Shown: positions 46,111 to 55,235 of the stretch, in pieces
Position numbering within the stretch: the stretch's first letter is position 1
Layout: the number at the start of each line of letters is the position of its first letter
DNA from: Flavobacteriales bacterium
GTDB lineage: Bacteria; Bacteroidota; Bacteroidia; Flavobacteriales; Flavobacteriaceae
DNA length: 64,000 nucleotides
Assembly (NCBI GenBank): GCA_027067965.1
Contig: JAMOUV010000032.1
Coordinates: 114,315 to 178,314 of the forward strand
Direction: 5' to 3'
Notes under the pieces: generated by a model
What the model was told of the DNA's origin: nothing
The model's input: the letters and a program-made list of their open reading frames with translations, nothing else
The model's database searches: none
Made by a program: the position numbers and the translations under genes

Positions 46111-47392
46111 TTTTTCGACTTATCATTCTTTGCTTAATTTCCGGACTATCCGGATAGAGATACCGGGCTTCAATGAGAATTTCACGGTAAAGCCCGGTTG
46201 AATTTTGTGCCAAAATATCGGAATATTTCAGCAAGAAATCCAATTGGTGGTTACCCAAATCATATGATTTCCGGTAGCATTCGGCCGCTTTTTCCGGCCG
46301 ATGTAATTTCCGGTACAAATCACCGGCCTTTTCAAATAAATTTTTACTGTGTATATGAGTCAATGCTTCCTTACACTTGGCCAATGCCTCTTCCGTCCGG
46401 TTCCGTTTTTCCATCGAATCGATCAAATCCAACCATGCCGGTATGTAGGCCGGATCTTCATAAATGGCATTTTCGAAGTACAATTCCGCAATGTCCGGAT
46501 ATTCTAACGAGTGAAAAATTTTACCGATTCTATAATTGGCAAATGCCGAGGGCGAAAGATGTAAGGTTTTCATATAATGTTTGACCGCTTGCAACAGGTC
46601 TGTCTTCCGGCCTTTTTTTTCGAATAGTTCGGCTTTTTTGTAATGCACACTCAAGTAATTTTCATCCAATAATCCCGCTTGTTCGTAACATTGCATCGCC
46701 CTGTCCAACAGCTTGATTGCGGCATACAAATCGCCCAAATTCAACCATAAATCCGTATTTTTTCTATCGATTTCGATAAGTTGCTCCATCGATTCGATGA
46801 TTTCTTCCTTGGAATAAATGTTTTTTGCCAAATGCATATATTTATCCAAATCATCCGTTAGTTTCATTCGCTTTTTGGCCGGCGGGATTTTTTTTAATTT
46901 TTCCGCCTTTTTCTTCAAATATTGCAAATAATAATCCGCCGCCTTTTCCGGTTCATTGGTTTGTTCGTAGGCCTTACTCAATTGTCGCCAAACTTTTTCA
47001 CGGGATTTAAAATCTTCGGGAAGTTGTTCCAAGGTTTTTACGGCTCTTTCATATTCTTTTCGGTGAATAAGCAATCCGGCATATAAAAACCGGATACGCG
47101 GATCGTGATATTGTTCGGTAAGCAAGCGGTTTAATTCTTTCTCGGCCGCATCCCAACGTCCGGTACGCATCAAATATTCAACATATCCGGATAAAAAATC
47201 GATATCTTCCGGAAACATCCGGAGCCCGGTTTCCAAGGCCAATAAATAATTTCCGTCCGAACCTGCGGAAGAAAAATGTTCGAGTAAATAAAAAATTTCG
47301 CTTCTTGAAAATTGAATTTGATGGTGACCGTCGCCGGAATTACCGAACCAATAGGCATTGAATTTCTGTAAGATTTTATCCTGCATACGCAC
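46094..47392 (-). CDS. TPR-repeat protein
   Basis: Multiple 34-aa-like repeats containing A..Y...L. No other domain was recognised. The start may be the ATG at 47386 rather than the GTG at 47392. Confidence 0.7.
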   Translation of the reverse strand: MRMQDKILQKFNAYWFGNSGDGHHQIQFSRSEIFYLLEHFSSAGSDGNYLLALETGLRMFPEDIDFLSGYVEYLMRTGRWDAAEKELNRLLTEQYHDPRIRFLYAGLLIHRKEYERAVKTLEQLPEDFKSREKVWRQLSKAYEQTNEPEKAADYYLQYLKKKAEKLKKIPPAKKRMKLTDDLDKYMHLAKNIYSKEEIIESMEQLIEIDRKNTDLWLNLGDLYAAIKLLDRAMQCYEQAGLLDENYLSVHYKKAELFEKKGRKTDLLQAVKHYMKTLHLSPSAFANYRIGKIFHSLEYPDIAELYFENAIYEDPAYIPAWLDLIDSMEKRNRTEEALAKCKEALTHIHSKNLFEKAGDLYRKLHRPEKAAECYRKSYDLGNHQLDFLLKYSDILAQNSTGLYREILIEARYLYPDSPEIKQRMISRKNEKED

Positions 47393-47456
47393 TGCTTTCC
47401 AAATTATAAGCCCGATAAAAGTAATGAAAATAACCGAATAGCCGTTAAGCGGGTTT

Positions 47457-48365
47457 TCAACGACGGTTGTTTAAAATGGCATTTAAAGTACGCTTAACCG
47501 AGCCGGTATAACTTCCGCCGAAAAGATTAACATGGACCAAGAGCGGGTACAATTGATAGATTTTAATCCTCTTTTGCCATCCGTTTTGCAAAGGATAGGC
47601 CTCATGATAGGCGGCATAAAATTCATCTTCGAATCCACCGAAAAGTTGCGTCATGGCCAAATCCATTTCCCGGCTGCCGTAATACACCGCCGGATCAATT
47701 AATACGGCGCCGTGATTTTTATTGGCCAAAAAATTTCCGGCCCATAAGTCGCCATGAAGCAAATTAGGCAATTCGTCGGGAATCAGGTGCGGCAGCAGTT
47801 CATACAATTCTTCGAATTTATCCAATGTGTCTTGCGAAAAATATCCTTTGTTGATGCTAATTTGGATTTGATATTTCAGCCGGTTTTTTATAAAAAAATT
47901 CACCCAGGAAGTATCGGGTTTATTAATTTGAATCAACGAACCGATATAATTGTCTTCGTCAAAACCGAAATAAGTATGGGTATGCCGGTGCAATTCTGCC
48001 AGTCCGTAACCGAAATTACGCCAAAACGAAGCATCCTTCCTGCCGTTATTTTCTACATATTCCAAAACCAAATAGGCCGTATCTTCCACTTGCCCCGTCA
48101 AAATTACTTCGGGCACATAAAGGGCGCCGGCTTCTCTTAAGGTATTCAGTCCTCGGGCTTCTTTTTCGAACATGTGCGGATAAAGATTGGCATCGTTTAA
48201 CTTGATAAAAAAATCGCCCGTTGAAGTTTCCAATTTAAAACTGGTATTTATATCGCCGCCATATACCGGTCGAAAATTCAAAATTTTTAATTTACGCGAA
48301 ACGGCATGTTGGAGGTTCATTTCCAAAACATTATAAAAATGCACATCATTTATTGTAAGTTTCAT
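47457..48365 (-). CDS. fructosamine/ketosamine-3-kinase family protein
   Basis: LLHGDLWAGNFL catalytic loop, LIDPAVYYGSREMDLAM, and a C-terminal LYPLLVHVNLFG. Confidence 0.88.
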   Translation of the reverse strand: MKLTINDVHFYNVLEMNLQHAVSRKLKILNFRPVYGGDINTSFKLETSTGDFFIKLNDANLYPHMFEKEARGLNTLREAGALYVPEVILTGQVEDTAYLVLEYVENNGRKDASFWRNFGYGLAELHRHTHTYFGFDEDNYIGSLIQINKPDTSWVNFFIKNRLKYQIQISINKGYFSQDTLDKFEELYELLPHLIPDELPNLLHGDLWAGNFLANKNHGAVLIDPAVYYGSREMDLAMTQLFGGFEDEFYAAYHEAYPLQNGWQKRIKIYQLYPLLVHVNLFGGSYTGSVKRTLNAILNNRR

Positions 48366-49411
48366 TATGCGAAAATTTTAAAATTCAACAACATTTTCGT
48401 ATTCATCGAAGGAAGGGCATATTCATCCCAATTTATTCGGGATATTTCATGAATTTTTCTTTGACGGATACAAGGGAAATATCTCTTCCGGTCGAGATAG
48501 CGGGCTAAATATTCTTGTTCCTTTTGCCCCGGTGTAGGAATCAATACGGCTTTTTTTCGTAGCGCAACCAAATCCATAATCGATGAATAACCACCACGTA
48601 AAATAAGTTTTTTTGCGCTGATAATCAAGCGCGAAAGTGTTAAAGTATCGGCAAACGAAATTATTTTCCAATCCGGGGGACTTTCAATTGGCATGGAGGT
48701 TAAAATACCGCGTACCAACACGGTTTTTCCTTGAAAAAACTTATAATTTTCCACAATCCTGCGTTCCAACACGGTTCGTTGTTTTTCTGGTCCCGACAAA
48801 ATAATGAGCCAATCAATATCTTCGTCCGGCACCTCATTCCTATACTCAAAACGTGAAAGAATACCGATATATTTTACCTTATTCATTTTTTTTTCAACAT
48901 GCCCCAAAATACCCGAAAAATAAGGTGGATTCTCGAAATCGGGCACCCAAATTTCATTAAAATTTTTAAACAAATGCCGGTGCAAACGGGTGGTAAACGG
49001 CGTAAAAATCCCGGAAAGAACCCGGAGTTGATGGGTCAAATAAACCGAGGGCACGCCGGGAAAGAAAATTCCCGGGCGGTTATCGGATATAATTCCGTCG
49101 ATGTGATATTTCTTTATTAATTGTCCGGTCAAACGGCGTTCTTCATGAAAAACACGGAAAGCCCCGAGCCCTTGAAATGCCAACGAAAAAGGAAGTAAAA
49201 ATCCCGATGAAGGATAATGCACCCGGTAGGCGGGCAATTCGATATATTCCAAATCGGGAAAAGTTCGGCGTAATAATTGTCCCGCCGCTCCGTCCGAAGC
49301 AATAACGGGTTCGTATTTTTGATTAATTAGCGCATGAATCAAAGGGATACTGCGGGTGGCATGACCCAACCCCCAATTTAATACCCCGATTAAAATACGC
49401 TTTGATTTCAA
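48365..49411 (-). CDS. glycosyltransferase (GT1/GT28-like, MJ1255-type)
   Basis: ILIGVLNWGLGHATRSIPLIHAL at the N-terminus and RGGYSSIMDL...IPTPGQKEQ at the C-terminus. No ATG is compatible with the upstream gene end, so the TTG at 49411 is the most plausible start. Confidence 0.72.
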   Translation of the reverse strand: MKSKRILIGVLNWGLGHATRSIPLIHALINQKYEPVIASDGAAGQLLRRTFPDLEYIELPAYRVHYPSSGFLLPFSLAFQGLGAFRVFHEERRLTGQLIKKYHIDGIISDNRPGIFFPGVPSVYLTHQLRVLSGIFTPFTTRLHRHLFKNFNEIWVPDFENPPYFSGILGHVEKKMNKVKYIGILSRFEYRNEVPDEDIDWLIILSGPEKQRTVLERRIVENYKFFQGKTVLVRGILTSMPIESPPDWKIISFADTLTLSRLIISAKKLILRGGYSSIMDLVALRKKAVLIPTPGQKEQEYLARYLDRKRYFPCIRQRKIHEISRINWDEYALPSMNTKMLLNFKIFA

Positions 49412-49419
49412 AACCTCAT

Positions 49420-50466
49420 TTATTGGACAATGAGTTTTTTCACACTCCTCGCGCCCCGGTCGGATTGCAAATAAATGAAATATACATTTCCGGAAAGATG
49501 TTCGATATGCCACGATACCGATTCGGTGTTATTTTTTTGATAAATAATCTTTCCGGTGGTATCGGTGATTTTGATTTTCAGTTTTCCTTGATGCGAAATT
49601 ATATTTATGGTCCGGTCGGCGGGATTGGGATATACATCCACATCAAAATATACGCGTTCATTGGCTATCGACATATTCCATCTGTCTTGGGCTTCGGTTC
49701 CTCCCCAAATTAATGTAGCCAAATAAGGGTTATCTATAAAGGGATTGCGGTTCCCCTGCAGATTTTCAAGTATGGCATTTCTTTGATCTTCCACTTCCGA
49801 AGGCGGATCCTCGGCATTCCATTTCAAAAAGAGTTCCAACATATTCGAATCGCTGTCGATGCTCGGTCCCGTGCCCACATTGGAAGGCAAGGTCTGAGAA
49901 CCGTATCGCAAATAAAGATACATGATAATTCTCGCCACATCGCCCTTCCATTCATCACCGGGATACCAAAAATCGGAATTCACCACGCCGGCGTGACCGC
50001 TTCCTTCGGCAAATTTCTTATTACCGCGCCTGCCATTCATGCTTACATCGCTAGGACGTACATGATGGGGGTCGGAACCGGCGCCGGAACTGCCCAAATT
50101 GGGATTTCCCAATGAACGCGGATAGACATGTTCCCTGTTCCACTCGCAATTGGCGGCCGAACCGCCATTGTCCGATTTATCGCGCATGATATCATTGTGG
50201 CAATCGCTGTCTTGGCCGTTTTCCCATCCGTAAATAAGAAAAACTTTCGATGTATCGCTCGAGGCCTCATCGGTTTGCTTCAATACGTCCCATAATTCAC
50301 TGTAAGAAATATGCGTCGTGTGGGTCGAAGTAATTTTCACCGCCAATTCGTCCTTCAAATCCATTCCTCTTTTGGTTAAATCCACATCATTATAGTATGA
50401 TTGAACCTGAGAAAATACCGAAATGGAAATGAAAATAAATAGATTAAAAAAAAGTAATTTCTTCAT
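49420..50466 (-). CDS. secreted endonuclease I-family nuclease with a T9SS type A C-terminal sorting domain
   Basis: Signal peptide, then endonuclease-I-like blocks (YSELWDVL, WNREHVYPRSLG, DPHHVRPSD, RGNKKF). The C-terminus VYPNPADRTINII...GNVYFIYLQSDRGARSVKKLIVQ matches the Por_Secre_tail pattern. Confidence 0.78.
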   Translation of the reverse strand: MKKLLFFNLFIFISISVFSQVQSYYNDVDLTKRGMDLKDELAVKITSTHTTHISYSELWDVLKQTDEASSDTSKVFLIYGWENGQDSDCHNDIMRDKSDNGGSAANCEWNREHVYPRSLGNPNLGSSGAGSDPHHVRPSDVSMNGRRGNKKFAEGSGHAGVVNSDFWYPGDEWKGDVARIIMYLYLRYGSQTLPSNVGTGPSIDSDSNMLELFLKWNAEDPPSEVEDQRNAILENLQGNRNPFIDNPYLATLIWGGTEAQDRWNMSIANERVYFDVDVYPNPADRTINIISHQGKLKIKITDTTGKIIYQKNNTESVSWHIEHLSGNVYFIYLQSDRGARSVKKLIVQ

Positions 50467-51659
50467 GAACGTTTCAATTTTGCCATATAAAATCCGTCAA
50501 ATCCCGTGCCGGGAAGAATGGTTTTTTCTTCTACAAAGGTAAAGTGTTTATTTCTTAAAAGAAAATCGTCTATTTGTTTTCGATTTTCGTCATTCAAAAC
50601 CGAACATGTCACATAAATTAAGGCACCGCCCGGCTTGACCATCCGGGCATATTCATCCAACACATGGCGCTGAACACGGAGAATTTTTTGAAAATCGTCC
50701 GGTGAAAATTTCCATTTCAAATGCGGCTTTCGTCGATAAGTACCCGAACCGCTACATGGTGCATCCACCAAAACCACATCGGCGGTTTTATGCAAAGCGG
50801 CTATTTTTTCGGCCGACACAAGCGAAACTTCTTTTAAATTCATCACGCCGGCCCGGCGGGCACGCCGAATCAATTCTTTTAATTTGGACCGGGAAATATC
50901 AAAAGCATACAAACGGCCCTTGTTTTTCATAAGCGCCGCCAAATGTAAGGTCTTGCCGCCTGCTCCCGCACATGCATCCACCACAGTCATTCCGGGATGC
51001 ACGTTCGAAAAATAACCCACCGCTTGACTGGACAAATCCTGCCATTCGAATAAACCGTCCCGGTACCAACGAGTAGCGGTCAATCGATACGGTTTTTTCA
51101 ATATAATGGCTTCCGGAAAATTTTCAACCGGCTCAAAGCGGTAATTTTTACGGGCTAAACGACCGGCAAATTCATCTTTGGTAATTTTCAAAGTATTCAC
51201 CCGGATGACGGGCAAATTCTCCTTATTCAATCGTTCGGCTATTTCTTCCCATTTCTCGTTCCAACTTTCATGCCCCGCCTCATATATCCATTCAGGCATT
51301 CCGAATTTATATGGAGGATTTTTCAAAAGTTCGGTATAAAGCCGGCGTGCAGCAGCAATTTCCGGTTGTAACCGGGACAAATATGCCGGCAATTGTTCGG
51401 TTTGAGATAAGATATATGCATGGACTATATCTTCAATTTCGTCATGTCCGAAAATTTCCATGGCTATTCTTTGCCATAAATTCAAACGGCGAATAATGTC
51501 AAAAGTTTTGTTTTTGATAAATTGACGGTCGCGTTTGCCCCATTTGGGATTATTTTTAAACATCACGGCCAATACGGCATCCGTGGCCTTCCCTCGACGG
51601 ACGACCTCTTCTATTGCATGAATAATCGCCCGATATAAATTGGGGTACCATTTTTCCAT
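50463..51659 (-). CDS. RsmB/NOP2-family rRNA cytosine-C5 methyltransferase
   Basis: The SAM motif VVDACAGAGGKT plus the DAPCSGSGTYRRKP and VTCS catalytic Cys motifs. Confidence 0.87.
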   Translation of the reverse strand: MEKWYPNLYRAIIHAIEEVVRRGKATDAVLAVMFKNNPKWGKRDRQFIKNKTFDIIRRLNLWQRIAMEIFGHDEIEDIVHAYILSQTEQLPAYLSRLQPEIAAARRLYTELLKNPPYKFGMPEWIYEAGHESWNEKWEEIAERLNKENLPVIRVNTLKITKDEFAGRLARKNYRFEPVENFPEAIILKKPYRLTATRWYRDGLFEWQDLSSQAVGYFSNVHPGMTVVDACAGAGGKTLHLAALMKNKGRLYAFDISRSKLKELIRRARRAGVMNLKEVSLVSAEKIAALHKTADVVLVDAPCSGSGTYRRKPHLKWKFSPDDFQKILRVQRHVLDEYARMVKPGGALIYVTCSVLNDENRKQIDDFLLRNKHFTFVEEKTILPGTGFDGFYMAKLKRS

Positions 51660-51697
51660 GTTTAAAATTAGTGATAATTTTATTTGATTTTTTCATC

Positions 51698-52528
51698 ATG
51701 AAAAAACTATTTGAATTTTATATTTACAACCATATTCATGTGGGGCTTTCGGCCGTATCTCTTTACATGCTATATTCCCTGCTTACAGGGCAAATTCCCG
51801 ATAGTCATTATGCCGTTTTTTTATTTTCCGCTACGGTGTCATACTATACATTTTTGCGGCTTATTCACCGGAATACACTTCGTTTTCCCCTTGCAAAGTG
51901 GTATCACGACCATTACCGTTTATCCCTGACCGTATGGATATTATCTACCTTGACGGGCTTTTATTTATTTTCACAATTTGGCCGGCCCCTTATGACACGA
52001 CTTATAATTGTGGGCATACCGGCTATTTTATATAACCTTCGTGCAAATGGCAAAAAGATTTATTCATTAAGAAAAATCGGATTGGTCAAAATCTTTTTGA
52101 TTTCTTTTGTATGGGCGGCCATGGTAGTTTGGGTCCCTTTTTCGACAAAAATTTCATCCTTTACACTGCTTGCCATACTTACTTGGCATGCCTTCTTTTT
52201 CGTATTGTTATGGACGCTTCCTTTCGACATCCGGGATTTGGCATTGGATCAAACTTCCTTGAAAACACTCCCCCAAATTTTCAAAGAAAAAATCAAATAT
52301 ATTGCATTACTGATTTGGGGTGTTTTTTCGGGTTTGAATGTATTTTTATTACAATTCGAAATCGAAACTAAACTCGTATGGGCATTTATATTGGCCGCAA
52401 GTGTGTTGTTATGGATGACTTTCCGGTCGGAAAAATATCGCGATAATTATTTTTTCACCGCCTTTTGGGCCGAATCGGTACCTATCTTTACGCTCCTTTT
52501 GGTATGGGTTGTTCAATATTTAAACTAA
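51698..52528 (+). CDS. polytopic membrane protein of unknown function (weak UbiA-prenyltransferase-like features)
   Basis: About 8 hydrophobic helices and a single Asp-rich FDIRDLALD motif. No clear first NDxxD motif was seen. Confidence 0.55.
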   Translation: MKKLFEFYIYNHIHVGLSAVSLYMLYSLLTGQIPDSHYAVFLFSATVSYYTFLRLIHRNTLRFPLAKWYHDHYRLSLTVWILSTLTGFYLFSQFGRPLMTRLIIVGIPAILYNLRANGKKIYSLRKIGLVKIFLISFVWAAMVVWVPFSTKISSFTLLAILTWHAFFFVLLWTLPFDIRDLALDQTSLKTLPQIFKEKIKYIALLIWGVFSGLNVFLLQFEIETKLVWAFILAASVLLWMTFRSEKYRDNYFFTAFWAESVPIFTLLLVWVVQYLN

Positions 52529-52570
52529 TTCTTCCCGATAAACCCTCACAATTTGAAAAAAAGACCCGCA

Positions 52571-54322
52571 TTATTTGCCCGGATCGATAATAATAAATTC
52601 CGACCGACGGTTCTTGGAGCGTATTACATCGGGACATTTTTCACATACCTTACATTTTTCCACCGGTTCACGCTCTCCCCTACCTTCATAAGTAATGCGG
52701 GACGGATCTATGCCGCCTTCTACAATGTAATCGTAAGTGGATTTGGCACGGGCCATGGATAATCCCATATTATATGCGTCGCTTCCTATACAGTCGGTAT
52801 GGGCTACGATATGTAATTTGATACGCGGATATTTTTTTAGCACGGTTATTACCTTTTCCAATTCAACCGCCGCTCTTACCGTAATTTCGGCACTCTTATA
52901 CTCGAAATAAATCGGGTTTAACTGAATTAACTTGCCCAAGTCCTCACCTTCTTTGATATATTTTTCCTTGGGAATACCCACTTTAATCGAATCGGATTGA
53001 CGGGCAATGAGTTCTTTTTCGCTTCCTTTTTTCAAATAATCCGTTTTGGTAAAGGCATAAATATCATCCAATCCTTTCCCGCCGGGGCGATTGGAAGCAA
53101 AATACCCGATGTTTTTTTCCGGGTCGAAATAAATCGAAAAATCATCCGTATTTTTATTGATAGGCGGACCCAAATTCAATACATCGCCAAAACTTCCGTC
53201 TTCCTTGATTTCCACCACAAATATATCCAATCCGCCATAGCCGATTTGACCGTCGGAAGCAAAGAAAAGTTTGTTATCCTTGCTGATAAACGGAAATGAC
53301 TCGCGCTCGGAAGTATTTATTTTCGGGCCCAGATTTTGCGGATAACTGTAAGAATTGTCTTCATAAATCTCCACGTACCATAAATCCGATTCGCCGTAAG
53401 TTCCCGGCATATTCGATGCAAAATACAAGCGTTTTCCGTCCACACTCAAACTGGGATGCGAATACGTGAAATTATCACTACAAAACGGCAATTTTTCAAT
53501 GGTCCGCCATTCGCCGTTGATATATTCCGCACGGAAAATTTTGAGTTTGTTCACCATTTTTTCATCCACGTTCAGTTTGTCGTTAAAATAATCCGTCCGG
53601 GAATAATACATGGTCTTTCCGTCATTGGTAAACGTGGCGGATGCTTCAAAATAATTGGAATTTATTTCGCCGCGCAAAGGTTTGGGATAACTCAATTCGG
53701 TGGGCGCTTTGATCCGGCTGTAAAACAAATCCGTAAACGGCAAGCCGTTCCAAAGATATTTTTTGTATCCTTTTGGTTTATGACCGTTTGAAGTAAATAT
53801 CAAATATTTGTCTTCATAGACCACGGGCGAATAATCGTTGTATTTAGAATTGATTTTATCCAAAGTGTCAATTTCATAACTGCTGTATTCCAATTGGATA
53901 TCTTCATCATAAAGGATATTGGCTTTCTTTTGCAATTGTTTCAAACGAATGTTATCATTGATGAGTTCATAGTATTGTTTGATATATTTATCGCCTTCCT
54001 CCACCTGCCCCGAGGCCTTGAGCGATTGTCCGTAACGAAAATAATATTCGGGTTCGAAATCATAACCTTCATGAAAAAGTTTCTTATACCATTTTACCGC
54101 TTCGGCATATTCGGCCGTTTTAAAATAAGAATCTCCCAAACGTTTATACAATTCCACACTACGCAAACCTCTGTCATACAATTTCAGATAAATATTTCTG
54201 GCTTTCAAATACTCGTATCCTTCATAGAGTTCATTTGCCTTCTCCAAACCCTTTTGAGCAAATAATCCCAATGCCAAATTGAAAATAAACCAAAATGTGA
54301 ATATTTTTTTTATTTTTCTCAT
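52571..54322 (-). CDS. TPR / TolB-like beta-propeller / OmpA_C protein, paralog of 12384..14312 without the CRD-like insert
   Basis: Signal peptide, TPR-like YEGYEYLKARNIYLK, and propeller blades (DGKRLYFASNMPGTYGESDLWYV). The OmpA_C end reads AHTDCIGSDAYNMGLSMARAKS...NRRSEF. Confidence 0.8.
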   Translation of the reverse strand: MRKIKKIFTFWFIFNLALGLFAQKGLEKANELYEGYEYLKARNIYLKLYDRGLRSVELYKRLGDSYFKTAEYAEAVKWYKKLFHEGYDFEPEYYFRYGQSLKASGQVEEGDKYIKQYYELINDNIRLKQLQKKANILYDEDIQLEYSSYEIDTLDKINSKYNDYSPVVYEDKYLIFTSNGHKPKGYKKYLWNGLPFTDLFYSRIKAPTELSYPKPLRGEINSNYFEASATFTNDGKTMYYSRTDYFNDKLNVDEKMVNKLKIFRAEYINGEWRTIEKLPFCSDNFTYSHPSLSVDGKRLYFASNMPGTYGESDLWYVEIYEDNSYSYPQNLGPKINTSERESFPFISKDNKLFFASDGQIGYGGLDIFVVEIKEDGSFGDVLNLGPPINKNTDDFSIYFDPEKNIGYFASNRPGGKGLDDIYAFTKTDYLKKGSEKELIARQSDSIKVGIPKEKYIKEGEDLGKLIQLNPIYFEYKSAEITVRAAVELEKVITVLKKYPRIKLHIVAHTDCIGSDAYNMGLSMARAKSTYDYIVEGGIDPSRITYEGRGEREPVEKCKVCEKCPDVIRSKNRRSEFIIIDPGK

Positions 54323-54323
54323 A

Positions 54324-55235
54324 TTAGAAAAGTCTTGGGGATTGGAATCTTACTTTTCCGCTACGCGTCGGGAATTCATACCGTAAAAACAACTCATGCG
54401 AACCGACGTTAAACATCCGGATTTTGTTGGCATCCAAATCAAACGAATATCCTATCATAAACTTATCCGTTATCTTGGTTGATAACAGCAAAACATATGC
54501 CGCTTTAAACCGATAGGAAAACCCTACCGTAAAGGTATCGCTAAAGGTAAATAAAATCGAAGTATCGAAATTAAGGGGCTGATCGGGTGCATATCGCAAT
54601 ACGAAGGAAGGTAACATCATTACATTATAAAAAACTTCGAAATTCATTCCTCCTATTAAATTCACATGGGGTAAAAAATACATGGAATGATTGAAATCCG
54701 AAGAAATAACCTTGATAGGTGCGATATTCGGCGATGAAATTCCCACATACCATTTGTAAGTAAAGAAAGTTACCCCTACTCCCGCCGCCACACTGGTGGC
54801 ATTCTGATTATTATTCATAAACGCTTCTGGATCTCTTGTGGTAATTTTAGATGCATCATACATAAAATGATTGGCACCGATATTCAACCCTAATGACATG
54901 GAAGTTTCGAGTCCCAAATCAACCAAATAAGAAAAATTAAAAGTTCCTTTAATCCGGGTCAAAGGACCGTCCGTGTCATAATATACATTGGTTCCGAAAG
55001 CCATGTGTCTTGTCGGATATGCAAAAGACAACATTTGAGTATTGGGGGCTCCTTCAAACTGAAACCATTGCGATCTATGCCACAAAAATAAAGAACCTTT
55101 TCCCGTAATACCCGTATTGGCGGGGTTTAAGTACATCAAATTATACGGATATAACGATTGCACCGGTTGCATTTGAGAATGAATTTGCATGCCGGTAAAG
55201 AGGAAAACTACTATGTAAATGATTTTTTTTACCAT
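54324..55235 (-). CDS. T9SS PorP/SprF-family outer-membrane protein (second copy)
   Basis: A 303-aa protein with [22 protein letters not shown] at the N-terminus and a beta-barrel pattern. It overlaps the cargo gene stop by 7 nt. Confidence 0.85.
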   Translation of the reverse strand: MVKKIIYIVVFLFTGMQIHSQMQPVQSLYPYNLMYLNPANTGITGKGSLFLWHRSQWFQFEGAPNTQMLSFAYPTRHMAFGTNVYYDTDGPLTRIKGTFNFSYLVDLGLETSMSLGLNIGANHFMYDASKITTRDPEAFMNNNQNATSVAAGVGVTFFTYKWYVGISSPNIAPIKVISSDFNHSMYFLPHVNLIGGMNFEVFYNVMMLPSFVLRYAPDQPLNFDTSILFTFSDTFTVGFSYRFKAAYVLLLSTKITDKFMIGYSFDLDANKIRMFNVGSHELFLRYEFPTRSGKVRFQSPRLF

